32,000 bases of DNA from Mycoplasma mobile 163K (GTDB taxonomy: Bacteria; Bacillota_I; Bacilli_A; Mycoplasmatales; Metamycoplasmataceae), in contig NC_006908.1 of NCBI RefSeq assembly GCF_000008365.1, positions 180,001-212,000 on the forward strand, given 5' to 3'. Shown piece by piece: positions 9,247 through 17,222 of this stretch. The notes beneath the pieces were generated by a model that saw only the letters and a program-made list of their open reading frames with translations, had not been told where the DNA came from and ran no database searches. Numbering within the stretch: position 1 is the stretch's first letter; the number at the start of each line of letters is the position of its first letter. A program made the translations under genes and the position numbers.

Positions 9247-11235
9247 ATGACAAAGTTAAAAAAATCTTTACTTGCATTTGGTTCAATTGCTTTTACATCA
9301 AGCTTAACAATCACAATTGTTTCTTGTTCGACAGCTTCTATTTCAGATTTGCAATTAGTAATTTCGAAAATTAATTCGAGTAAGATAACGGCATCCCAAA
9401 ATGTTTTTGCCTCTTCAATTACATCGGACGAAATGATTTTACAAAATATAAATTTAAAAACAATTCCTAGTGTTTCTACAAATATTAATCTAATTTTTCA
9501 ATTAGTAAATGGGGGAAATGCTAATGATCAAACAGGTTCTTTAGATATCAAAATAATTGCAACAAATGGAACTGGAGTAAACCAAATTTCAATTGAGTCC
9601 CAGACATTAACTGTTACAGGATTTTTAACACAAACACAAGTAAATAATACTAATTTAGAAATTTTAAAAAATATTTTTGACAGATTTGAAACATCTTTAA
9701 AAAATGGGGTGTCTTCAATTGTTAGTGCTAGAACTCAAATCACTTCAAATGAAACAAATCCTGTAATAGGTTCTAATACTTTGCCTTCAAAAGTATCTCA
9801 ATCAATTTTAAATTCTACTTTAATTCAAGGGCTTCAAGAATTCCAATCATTAAATTCTGCTTCAAATAGTGTAAATTTAACTTTAGAGGCAAATTATATT
9901 GATGGTAGTGCAAATGATGCATTAGGAACAATTCAAATTAGTTTACAAGGTACAATTGCAGGAAATATTCCAACAATTTCAAAATCCAAATCAGTTACCA
10001 TTGGAGGATTTTTGAAAGCAGAGAAAAATCAAATTCTAGAAAGTAATAAAAATTGGATAAGAGATATTTCAAAAGAAACTATACAAAATTTTGCAAACTC
10101 AAATAAAGAAGCATTTATAAATGATCAAGGAAAATTGCTCTTAAGTACTTCTTTGAAGAACAGAAATTTTTCTTTGAGAAGCAGTATCAAGAACGATAAT
10201 TTAGTTATGAATTATGGTAGTTTTAGTTTCTTTAATACAATTATTAATTCAAATCAAGATTATTCTATTGTGGCAACTATTTCAACAGGAGAAAATATAT
10301 CAAATGACTTTGAAGGAAGTGTATTAGTTGATTTTCAAATTACAATAGGAAATCGAGAAATAGGAACTTTTTTTTCAAGTTCTCTAATTGAAAAAGTAAA
10401 TCTTATTGGTTTTAAAAAGTCTTCTAGTTTACACAACACTATTTTTGTAAGAGATAAATTTAATTATAGACTTAGTGTCTTAAACACAGGAGAAATTAGC
10501 GCAGAACTTAATGGATTTGACACCAATTTAAACCCAATTTTAGAAGATTTAACTAGAATTGTAATTCCTAGTACTGTTGAAGACATTGGTGGGAATATTT
10601 TTAAGGTAAAATCAATTAAGGATTCAGCTTTTATAAATTCTAATTTGATTAGATTAGATTTATCAAATGCATCTAATTTAGAAAGTATTGGAAATTTTTC
10701 TTTTTCTAATAATAAAATTGAAAATTCAATTCAAATTCCAGCTTCTTTAAAAAATATTGGAGAAAATGCTTTCAGTAATAATTTAATTAAAAATATCAAT
10801 TTTGGAAATGCTTCTTTAAGTCAATTAGAAAAAATAAATAAGGCTGCTTTTTTGAATAATAATTTAGAATCTTTTCAAGTAAATGGAGTTTTTTCAAGCT
10901 TAAATTTTATTGGAGAAAATGCTTTTGCAAATAGCAATCCTGAAAATTCAAGACTTTCTACAATATCATTAGATTCAATAATTAATTTTTTAAATGATTT
11001 TACTTTTACTCAAGATTTGACAATTGAAAAAGGTGCTTTTGTTAGAGAATTAAAATCTGATTTTTGAATTCCATATCAAAACTTAAATGCTTTAAATAGA
11101 TTACATGTTTTAAAAAATAGTATTAAATTCTTGAGTAATCAAAATAACAACGGAATAGATACTTCATTTGGAAATGTCGCAGTGTCTAATTTTAAAACTA
11201 ACATTCAGGAGAAATATGAAAAAAATATTAAGTAA
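9247..11235 (+). CDS. lipoprotein with three repeat modules and a C-terminal BspA-type leucine-rich-repeat region (662 aa)
   Basis: AAGGAG precedes ATG 9247. The signal peptide ends in lipobox 'TIVSC|S' (Cys codon 9325-9327). Modules end TVTGF / TIGGF / LIGF. Read-through of TGA 11065-11067 extends the track ORF to TAA 11233-11235. Confidence 0.8.
10552..11049 (+). repeat. BspA-like (LRR_5-type) leucine-rich repeats inside the lipoprotein
   Basis: The segment shows a recurring ~23-25 aa pattern: 'IVIPSTVEDIGGNIF', 'LSNASNLESIGNFSFSNN', 'IQIPASLKNIGENAFSNN', 'LEKINKAAFLNNN', 'SSLNFIGENAFANS', 'LTIEKGAFV'. Confidence 0.6.
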
Positions 11236-14200
11236 AACATTAATTTCAAGTTTAGTAATTGGTGCAACAATTATTGTTGTTCCCACAGCGATTGTTTTTT
11301 CCAACAATATCAAAAGCAATCAACAAATTCTTTTAAATTCAATTAATGAAAATAGTTTTGCAATTGAATCAAACACTGTAGCTCCTAAAAATGGTAAATA
11401 TCAATCTTTACCTGAAGGAATTGTTCTTAAATTTCCAACAGGATTAACAAATGAATCAATAGAAGATTTTGAAGTAATTAATTCTTCTTTTTCTTCTAAA
11501 AAAATCACACTAATTATTAAATTAAAATCCGGTTTAAAAAAAGCAATCATTTTAAATTCTTTTATTACTCAAGAATTTGCATTAGAACAATTAAATATTA
11601 GAACTTCAATTTTAGCTAGTTTCCCATTAAATAATTTATCAGATCAAATTGGATTACCACCAAGAAATTTATTTAGATTTTCAACTTCTTTTTTGAATTT
11701 TAATATCGAAGATTTTATTACTTCATATTCATATACAATAAGTCCAGATAATCAGAATCTGACTTTAAAATTAAATGTTTCTGACACTGTTTCAAGAAGT
11801 GTTAATTTTTCAAAAAATCTTTTTTTTGAAAATGACCAAATACAAAAAAATTTAGAGAAAAACGTAAGTGTGTTAATTAGCCCTTTATTTCATCAAAATG
11901 TTTTATCTGCTAACATGAATCAAAATGAAGAAATTTTAGGAAAAGGATCTCCAACAGAAGATTTTGTAAAATTTATTTTTTCAAATAATATATCTAAAAA
12001 TGATATTGATTCTTTTAATATAAAAAAGAATAATTCCACTAGTGAAATTGATTTGAGTTTAACTTTTTTAAACTCAAACAATTCATCTATTGATATTGTT
12101 TATTCTTTGGGTAATGTTAATAATTTACCTACCGAGCAAAAAGCATTAAATTTATTTAATTCTTTAGAAGTTAAAGCAAATGAAACATTAATTCCAAATA
12201 ATACACTTGGAGAACAAATGGGAATTCCACCTATTTTGAATTTTAATTTAATTTTTAATGATTTTGTAACTTTAAATACTATTAAATCTTATAGACTTGA
12301 AAAAGTTAATTCAACAACAGTTAATTTAATTTTGATAAGTTTTAGTGGTTTGACAATAACAAAAACTATATCAGGTTTTATTCCTTCAATAGAAGATTTT
12401 AAAACGATTTCAGTAAAAGCATCTTCTGTTGTTCCGATTCCTTCTAACGACATTTTTAATTCAACAAATTTAATTTTATTAAATTCACTTTTTGTATTTT
12501 CTTATCCTGAAGGAATAGGCATTGAAAATATTAAATCTTTTTCACTTGAAAGAATAGATAATTTAAGTGTAAAACTTACTTTAAATGGGCAAATTTCAAA
12601 TTCCTTTTCACTAGAAATAAGTTCCTTTCCTTTAATGAATGATGCTATGAAAAATATTGATAACATAGAAGTAAGTGTTACACCAATTGGAATTAGACCT
12701 TTTAATAATTTGACAACTACTTTAGGCATTCCTCCTAAGAATCTCTTTAACTTTAATTTTAAAAACAATAGCTTAATTAATGTAAAAAATATTATTTCAT
12801 ATTCTTATAATGTGAATAACAATAATAGTATTTTTACTTTGAGAATTAATTTTTTAAATAATTTATTTAAAACTTTTGATATACCTTTTGCAAATTTCAA
12901 AAATTCAACAACAGCCCAAGAAGCATTTCAAAATTTAAGTGTAACTATTTCAAATGATCTAAAAGTTTTACCTGAAATGATTCATTTTTCTGAAGGTTCA
13001 TTACCTAATTTTGTAAATATCGATAGTAGTGTTACAAATATAGGAGCCAATTTTATTGATTCTTATACAATTATTAGGGTTAATGAAAATCAAATTCAAC
13101 TTACTTTAAGGAATCATCAAAATTCAACAAGATTAATTTTTTCAAAAATTTTTTCTCTTCCTCAATCTTTAATAACCCAAAATTCGCAACGTGAAATCGA
13201 TTCTTTAATAGTAAAAGCCTTTGTAAAACAAAATTCTTTATTATCAAATCAATTAAGTTTTGTTAGTTCAAACAAAATTGTTGAAAATATTGGAGATATT
13301 AGTTTCGAACTTAGAAATATTGAAAATGGCCCTCTTTTAAGTAATTTTAAAATCAACTCAATTATAGTAGAAAGTTCAAGACCTATTAACGGAGAAATTA
13401 CGGCATCATTAATTTTTTCTTCACAAAATCAAGGTTTGCTTAGAAAAAATATAATAATTTCAGGTTTTAAAAAATCATCAGAAATTTTTGATCAGTTTAA
13501 AATTTCAAGTTCTTCAAGAATCAATTTACCTATTGTTTCAGAAAATGAAATAACTTTTAGCGCTTCAAATTTTAGAATAAATTCATTACCTCAACCTCTT
13601 CAAATGTCTAATATTCAATCTTATGTAATTAGAAAAACAAATCCTTTATTAGGGACAATTACTGTTGATTTTACTATTAATCAAGAATTGTATGGAAGTA
13701 CTTTAATAATTCCTAATGTAGAAATTTCAAATTTTTCAAATACTTTTTCAAGTTTAAATACTATTTCAGGAACTATTTCAAATATGAATAATATTTTACC
13801 AATAATTCCTAATACAAATGAAATTTTTTATGATCCTTTGACTTCTAATATTTCATTTAATAATTTACCATCTCCTTTAATGAGTAAAAATATTTTATCT
13901 TATTCATTCATTACAGGAAGTGAAAATTTTGAAAAAGGATCGATAAAAATCAAAATTAAACTTACAGATGAATTTTTCAATTTAGAAAATTTAAATGTAG
14001 AAATTTTAGGATTTTTAACAACAGATATTCTTAAAAATAACATTATTAATTCAAATGCAAATGATTTTAAAGCGACATACATAGGTAATAGAACAACAAA
14101 CTTTGTTGTAGGTGAATCAATAAATATTAGAGATATTTTATTTTTAAATTTACCAGTAGGATTAAAATCAGATGTTTTTCTTAGTTTTAAAGTATTGGAA

Positions 14201-14320
14201 ATTAACCAAGATGCATCTGAATTAAAAATTGAATTTGATTTTGCAAATATTAATCCCTTCAATAATTTAAATAATTTACCAGCTTCTCAAAGAGTTTTTA
14301 CATTAGTAATTTCTGCTTAA
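11216..14320 (+). CDS. exported membrane-anchored modular protein D (1034 aa), about 11 tandem diverged modules
   Basis: ATG 11216 is preceded by CAGGAGAAAT, which lies inside the 3' end of the upstream gene (20-nt overlap). The anchor is 'LVIGATIIVVPTAIVFSNN'. The track's TTG at 11168 is less likely. There are no in-frame stops up to TAA 14318-14320. Confidence 0.8.
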   Translation: MKKILSKTLISSLVIGATIIVVPTAIVFSNNIKSNQQILLNSINENSFAIESNTVAPKNGKYQSLPEGIVLKFPTGLTNESIEDFEVINSSFSSKKITLIIKLKSGLKKAIILNSFITQEFALEQLNIRTSILASFPLNNLSDQIGLPPRNLFRFSTSFLNFNIEDFITSYSYTISPDNQNLTLKLNVSDTVSRSVNFSKNLFFENDQIQKNLEKNVSVLISPLFHQNVLSANMNQNEEILGKGSPTEDFVKFIFSNNISKNDIDSFNIKKNNSTSEIDLSLTFLNSNNSSIDIVYSLGNVNNLPTEQKALNLFNSLEVKANETLIPNNTLGEQMGIPPILNFNLIFNDFVTLNTIKSYRLEKVNSTTVNLILISFSGLTITKTISGFIPSIEDFKTISVKASSVVPIPSNDIFNSTNLILLNSLFVFSYPEGIGIENIKSFSLERIDNLSVKLTLNGQISNSFSLEISSFPLMNDAMKNIDNIEVSVTPIGIRPFNNLTTTLGIPPKNLFNFNFKNNSLINVKNIISYSYNVNNNNSIFTLRINFLNNLFKTFDIPFANFKNSTTAQEAFQNLSVTISNDLKVLPEMIHFSEGSLPNFVNIDSSVTNIGANFIDSYTIIRVNENQIQLTLRNHQNSTRLIFSKIFSLPQSLITQNSQREIDSLIVKAFVKQNSLLSNQLSFVSSNKIVENIGDISFELRNIENGPLLSNFKINSIIVESSRPINGEITASLIFSSQNQGLLRKNIIISGFKKSSEIFDQFKISSSSRINLPIVSENEITFSASNFRINSLPQPLQMSNIQSYVIRKTNPLLGTITVDFTINQELYGSTLIIPNVEISNFSNTFSSLNTISGTISNMNNILPIIPNTNEIFYDPLTSNISFNNLPSPLMSKNILSYSFITGSENFEKGSIKIKIKLTDEFFNLENLNVEILGFLTTDILKNNIINSNANDFKATYIGNRTTNFVVGESINIRDILFLNLPVGLKSDVFLSFKVLEINQDASELKIEFDFANINPFNNLNNLPASQRVFTLVISA
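11333..14317 (+). repeat. protein-level tandem array of ~85-95 aa modules, with a ~170-190 aa two-module super-repeat in the first half
   Basis: The motif G(L/I)PP recurs at 11651 (IGLPPRNLFRF), 12221 (MGIPPILNFNL) and 12725 (LGIPPKNLFNF). Each copy is followed ~20 aa later by (I/K)SY..., then a beta-like 'N.T(L/V).L...'. Junctions read x-[G/S/N]-F (LNSF, KNLF, ISGF, ISSF, FANF, ISGF, ISNF, ILGF). The DNA copies are strongly diverged. Confidence 0.6.
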
Positions 14321-14324
14321 AATT

Positions 14325-14352
14325 AAAAAAATCACTCTTGAGTAATTTTTTT
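14325..14352. terminator. weak AT-rich hairpin between the convergent genes D and ftsY
   Basis: The sequence is AAAAAAATCACTC-TT-GAGTAATTTTTTT, an imperfect stem with one mismatch and a tiny loop. It overlaps the ftsY stop codon. Confidence 0.25.
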
Positions 14353-15631
14353 AATCGATAGAATAATTTTCAAGAACCATATCTTTAGTTAAACCATAAA
14401 TAAAAGCATCTAGATCAAATTCTTGTAAATCATCCATTTTTTCACCTAAACCTAATAGTTTAACATCAATATTCACTAAGTCTTTAATTGAAATAATGAT
14501 TCCTCCTTTTGAAGTTCCATCCATTTTTGTTAAAACAATACCACTAAGTGGAGTTACTTCTTTAAAAGCACTAGCTTGACTTAATGCATTTTGACCATTT
14601 GTCGCATCTAAAACTAATAAAGATTCATGAGGAGCTTCTGGCAAAAAGCGAGAAATTGTTTGATTTATTTTAGCTAATTCATTCATTAAATTAACTTTAT
14701 TTTGTAATCTTCCAGCAGTATCAATAATTAAAAGATCATAGATTTCATCTTTTGCTTTTTGCATTGCTTTAAAAACAACGCTCGATGGATCTTGACCTTC
14801 TTTATCAGGTTTTACAATATCTACTTCTAACCTATTTGCTCAGATACCTAATTGTTCTACAGCTCCAGCTCTAAATGTATCTCCAGCAGCAATTAAAATT
14901 TTATAACTTTTTTGTTTATACATATTTGCTAATTTAGCAATAGTGGTTGTTTTCCCACTACCATTAACACCGACCATTAAAATAACATTTAATCTGCCTT
15001 TTTCGATTTTTAAATTAGTATCAACAATAGAATTATTAGTATAAATAACAAATAATTTATCTGCAATAATTTCGCCAATTAATTTTGGATCACTTACATT
15101 TTCAATTTTAACAACTTTTTTAATTTCCTCGATAATAGTAAAAACAAGATTTACAGAAATATCAGACATTATTAAAATTTCTTCTAATTCTTCAAAAAAG
15201 TCATCATCAATTTTATTGTATCTATTTTGTAATTCCATTACTCTTGTACTAAGTGCCGAACTACTTTTATCTAAACCAGCAATGTATTTGTTTATTTTGT
15301 TTTCTTTTTCAAGTTTTGTTAAATTCTTTTCTTTTTCTCTTTCATTTAATTTAAGTTCTTTTTTTGATATTGAATCATCATTATTTGTTTTTCTTGAAAA
15401 TATTTTTGTGAAAATACTTGTACTTTTTTTTGAATTTGTTTGTACTGTTTTTATTTCACTAGCATTATTTTTTTCAAGTTCTAACTCTATAGATTGATCT
15501 TTATCTAAAATATTTTCTTCAATTTTATTTTTTATAAATAATTCTTCAATATTTTGTTCGACATTTTGATTCTTTTTTGATTCTAATTCAGAGCCAAAAA
15601 GACGTTCTTTTAATTTTTTAAAAAATCCCAT
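14351..15631 (-). CDS. ftsY: signal recognition particle receptor FtsY
   Basis: Track ORFs 14351-14764 and 14840-15631 share one frame and join via TGA 14840-14842. Motifs are '[15 protein letters not shown]', 'DTAGRLQN' and '[10 protein letters not shown]'. The N-terminal region is Lys/Glu-rich. Confidence 0.93.
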
Positions 15632-15637
15632 ATGTTT

Positions 15638-15643
15638 ATTATA
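15638..15643 (-). promoter_or_regulatory. candidate -10 box (TATAAT on the minus strand) 6 nt upstream of the ftsY ATG
   Basis: The minus strand reads tgTATATAAT-aaacat-ATG(15631). There is no SD, and the box lies just downstream of the rplA terminator. Confidence 0.4.
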
Positions 15644-15656
15644 TACAAAAAATTAA

Positions 15657-15689
15657 ATAAAAAAATACTGGACTATTCCAGTATTTTTT
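15657..15689 (-). terminator. rho-independent terminator after rplA
   Basis: A perfect stem AATACTGGA / TCCAGTATT (15664-15672 / 15677-15685) encloses loop CTAT. It is flanked by A7 and T6 runs, giving a U-tail on the minus strand. It starts right after the rplA stop (15690-15692). Confidence 0.7.
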
Positions 15690-16391
15690 CTAGTTTTCAA
15701 TTTTAATTTTAAATGATGGTCCCATTGTTGTTGAAATTGTAAGATTTTGCATATAAATACCTTTTACAGTTGCTGGTTTTAATTTTCTAATTGTATCAAT
15801 TAAAACTTTAGCATTTTCAACAAGAGAAGTTGTGCCCATTGAAACCTTACCAATTGAAGAATTGATAATTCCACCTTTATCTGCACGATAATTAGCTTTA
15901 CCTTTTTTAATCTCTTCAACAGCTTTAGCAATATTTGGAGTTACAGTTCCTGTTTTTGGGTTTGGCATTAATCCTTTTGGTCCTAAAACTTTTCCATATT
16001 TACCTAAGGTTGGCATCATTTTTGGATCAGTTACCATGATATCAAAATCAAATTTTTCTGATTTTAAAATTTCTTCTAAATCACTTTTGTTTGCAACAAT
16101 ATTTGCTCCAGCTTTTTTAGCTAAATCTAATTGTTCTTTTTCATCACTTGTTGCTAAAACTCTAATGATTTTACCTGTACCATTAGGTAGTGAAACAGAA
16201 CCTCTTAGTTGTTGATCAGCTTTTCTAGTGTCAAGATTTAATTTTAAAGAAATATCAATTGAAGCATCAAATTTTACAAATGATGTTTTTTTAGCCATTT
16301 CAATAGCTTCATCTAATGAATAAATTTTATTTTCAACATCTTTAATAAGTTCATTTATTTTTTGACGATTTTTTGTAATTTTTTTACTCAT
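15690..16391 (-). CDS. rplA: 50S ribosomal protein L1
   Basis: The 233 aa ORF shows 'LPNGTGK', 'GPKGLMPNPKTGTVT' and 'ANYRADKGG'. Its start overlaps the rplK 3' end by 8 nt. Confidence 0.95.
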   Translation of the reverse strand: MSKKITKNRQKINELIKDVENKIYSLDEAIEMAKKTSFVKFDASIDISLKLNLDTRKADQQLRGSVSLPNGTGKIIRVLATSDEKEQLDLAKKAGANIVANKSDLEEILKSEKFDFDIMVTDPKMMPTLGKYGKVLGPKGLMPNPKTGTVTPNIAKAVEEIKKGKANYRADKGGIINSSIGKVSMGTTSLVENAKVLIDTIRKLKPATVKGIYMQNLTISTTMGPSFKIKIEN

Positions 16392-16977
16392 CTTTATTAC
16401 CCTTATCTTTTTCTTTAATTACTTCAACTTCAGCACTTTGTTTGTTTTCTGCTAATAATTGAGCAGCATCAGATTCTAATTTAGCTTCAAATGCAGCAGC
16501 AGATGCTGCTTCTTTTGCTGCTAATTTAGCTTCTTCTCTTGCTTTAACAATATCATCATATCCTTCAACAAGAATCCCCATATTTCTTGCAGTTCCTGCA
16601 ATTGTATGCATTGCTTCTTCAAGATTTTTTGTATTTAAATCTGGCATTTTATATTTAGCAATATCTTCTAATTGTGATTTTTTAATTGTAGCAACAATTG
16701 TAGTTTTTGAATTTGCTGAACCAGATTTGATTCCAGCAGCTTTTTTAAGCATGAAAGATGTTGGAGCAGTGAATAATTTAAAATCAAATGATTTATCTTT
16801 ATAAACTATAATTTGAACCGGAACCGGTTCCCCACTTCTTTCTCTTGTAGCGTCATTGAATTGTTTAGTGAATTCAGGCATAACAATTCCTAGACCTGCT
16901 AGTTCAGGTCCAGGTTTTGCTTGTCCTGCATTAAATTGCAACTTTGCAACTCTGACAACTTCTTTTTTCTTAGCCAT
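16384..16977 (-). CDS. rplK: 50S ribosomal protein L11 with a ~55-58 aa Ala/Glu/Lys-rich C-terminal extension
   Basis: The product shows 'AKLQFNAGQAKPGPELAGLGI', 'KMPDLN' and 'GTARNMGILVEG', after which bacterial L11 normally ends. I prefer ATG 16977 (MAKKK) because AAAGGAG at 16984-16990 abuts the upstream ATG 16983. Confidence 0.92.
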   Translation of the reverse strand: MAKKKEVVRVAKLQFNAGQAKPGPELAGLGIVMPEFTKQFNDATRERSGEPVPVQIIVYKDKSFDFKLFTAPTSFMLKKAAGIKSGSANSKTTIVATIKKSQLEDIAKYKMPDLNTKNLEEAMHTIAGTARNMGILVEGYDDIVKAREEAKLAAKEAASAAAFEAKLESDAAQLLAENKQSAEVEVIKEKDKGNKDE

Positions 16978-17066
16978 GAGCATCTCCTTTTATAGATCTC
17001 TGTGTGGTAACGAATTTCTTCTCCCACTTGTAGAGGCAATAGTTAAATTGCATTTTAATTGTATCA
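16978..17066 (-). promoter_or_regulatory. rplK-rplA promoter (extended -10 TGATACAAT) plus a ~75 nt structured leader; possible L1 autoregulatory site
   Basis: The minus strand reads aaTGaTACAAT (17058-17066). The leader can pair CUCU..GUGG[GAGAAGAAAUUCGUUA]CCAC..AGAG (16998-17035), and this is the only GC-enriched patch in the spacer. Confidence 0.3.
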
Positions 17067-17095
17067 TTTTTCAATTTTTTTATATTAAATTTTAT

Positions 17096-17120
17096 AAAAA
17101 AATAGCCAATATGGCTATGG
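17096..17120 (-). terminator. rho-independent terminator after the tRNA-Cys/tRNA-Arg pair
   Basis: The stem ATAGCCA / TGGCTAT (17102-17108 / 17112-17118) has a 3-nt loop. An A7 run at 17096-17102 gives a U7 tail on the minus strand. It lies 23 nt downstream of the tRNA-Arg CCA end. Confidence 0.65.
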
Positions 17121-17141
17121 ATCAATTTATTAAATTGCTTT

Positions 17142-17218
17142 TGGCGCGCCTGAGAGGAGTCGAACCCCTAACCTTTTGGGCCGTAACCAAACACTCTGTC
17201 CAATTGAGCTACAGGCGC
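17142..17218 (-). tRNA. tRNA-Arg (anticodon ACG), CCA encoded
   Basis: The reverse complement, GCGCCTGTAGCTCAATTGGACAGAGTGTTTGGTTACGGCCCAAAAGGTTAGGGGTTCGACTCCTCTCAGGCGCGCCA, folds as a full cloverleaf. It has a 7-bp acceptor, anticodon stem TTTGG/CCAAA, loop TTACGGC and T-loop TTCGACT. Confidence 0.95.
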
Positions 17219-17222
17219 ATTA

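Noticed and set aside
7518-11226. A7 tracts sit immediately after the start codons of all four surface-protein genes (for example 7524-7530, 8525-8531 and 11219-11225). These could be phase-variation switches like Vlp/Vsa systems.
   Set aside because: They are simply Lys (AAA) codons of the MKKK signal n-region, which is common to Mollicutes exported proteins. The tracts are short. There is no promoter-spacer homopolymer, no invertible-element repeat and no short tandem coding repeat. I cannot support phase variation from one sequence.
7518-14320. I considered whether the surface-protein block is a known Mollicutes system: MIB-MIP immunoglobulin protease, Vsp/Vlp/Vsa variable lipoproteins, P97/P102 adhesins or gliding proteins.
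   Set aside because: There is no DUF31/serine-protease-like partner and no highly similar short tandem repeats. There is no site-specific recombinase or vis-type inverted repeats. I recognise no sequence resemblance to those families, so the block is left as an unassigned modular family.
3776-15497. Several ORFs run antisense to real genes: 3776-4045, 6717-6977, 7457-7771, 7967-8155, 8728-8934, 12502-12768, 13900-14262 and 15216-15497.
   Set aside because: Each lies wholly opposite a longer gene with clear homology or export signals. Their products are Leu/Phe/Ile/Lys-rich mirror images, as expected from AAA/GAA/AAT-rich sense strands. None has an SD or promoter of its own.
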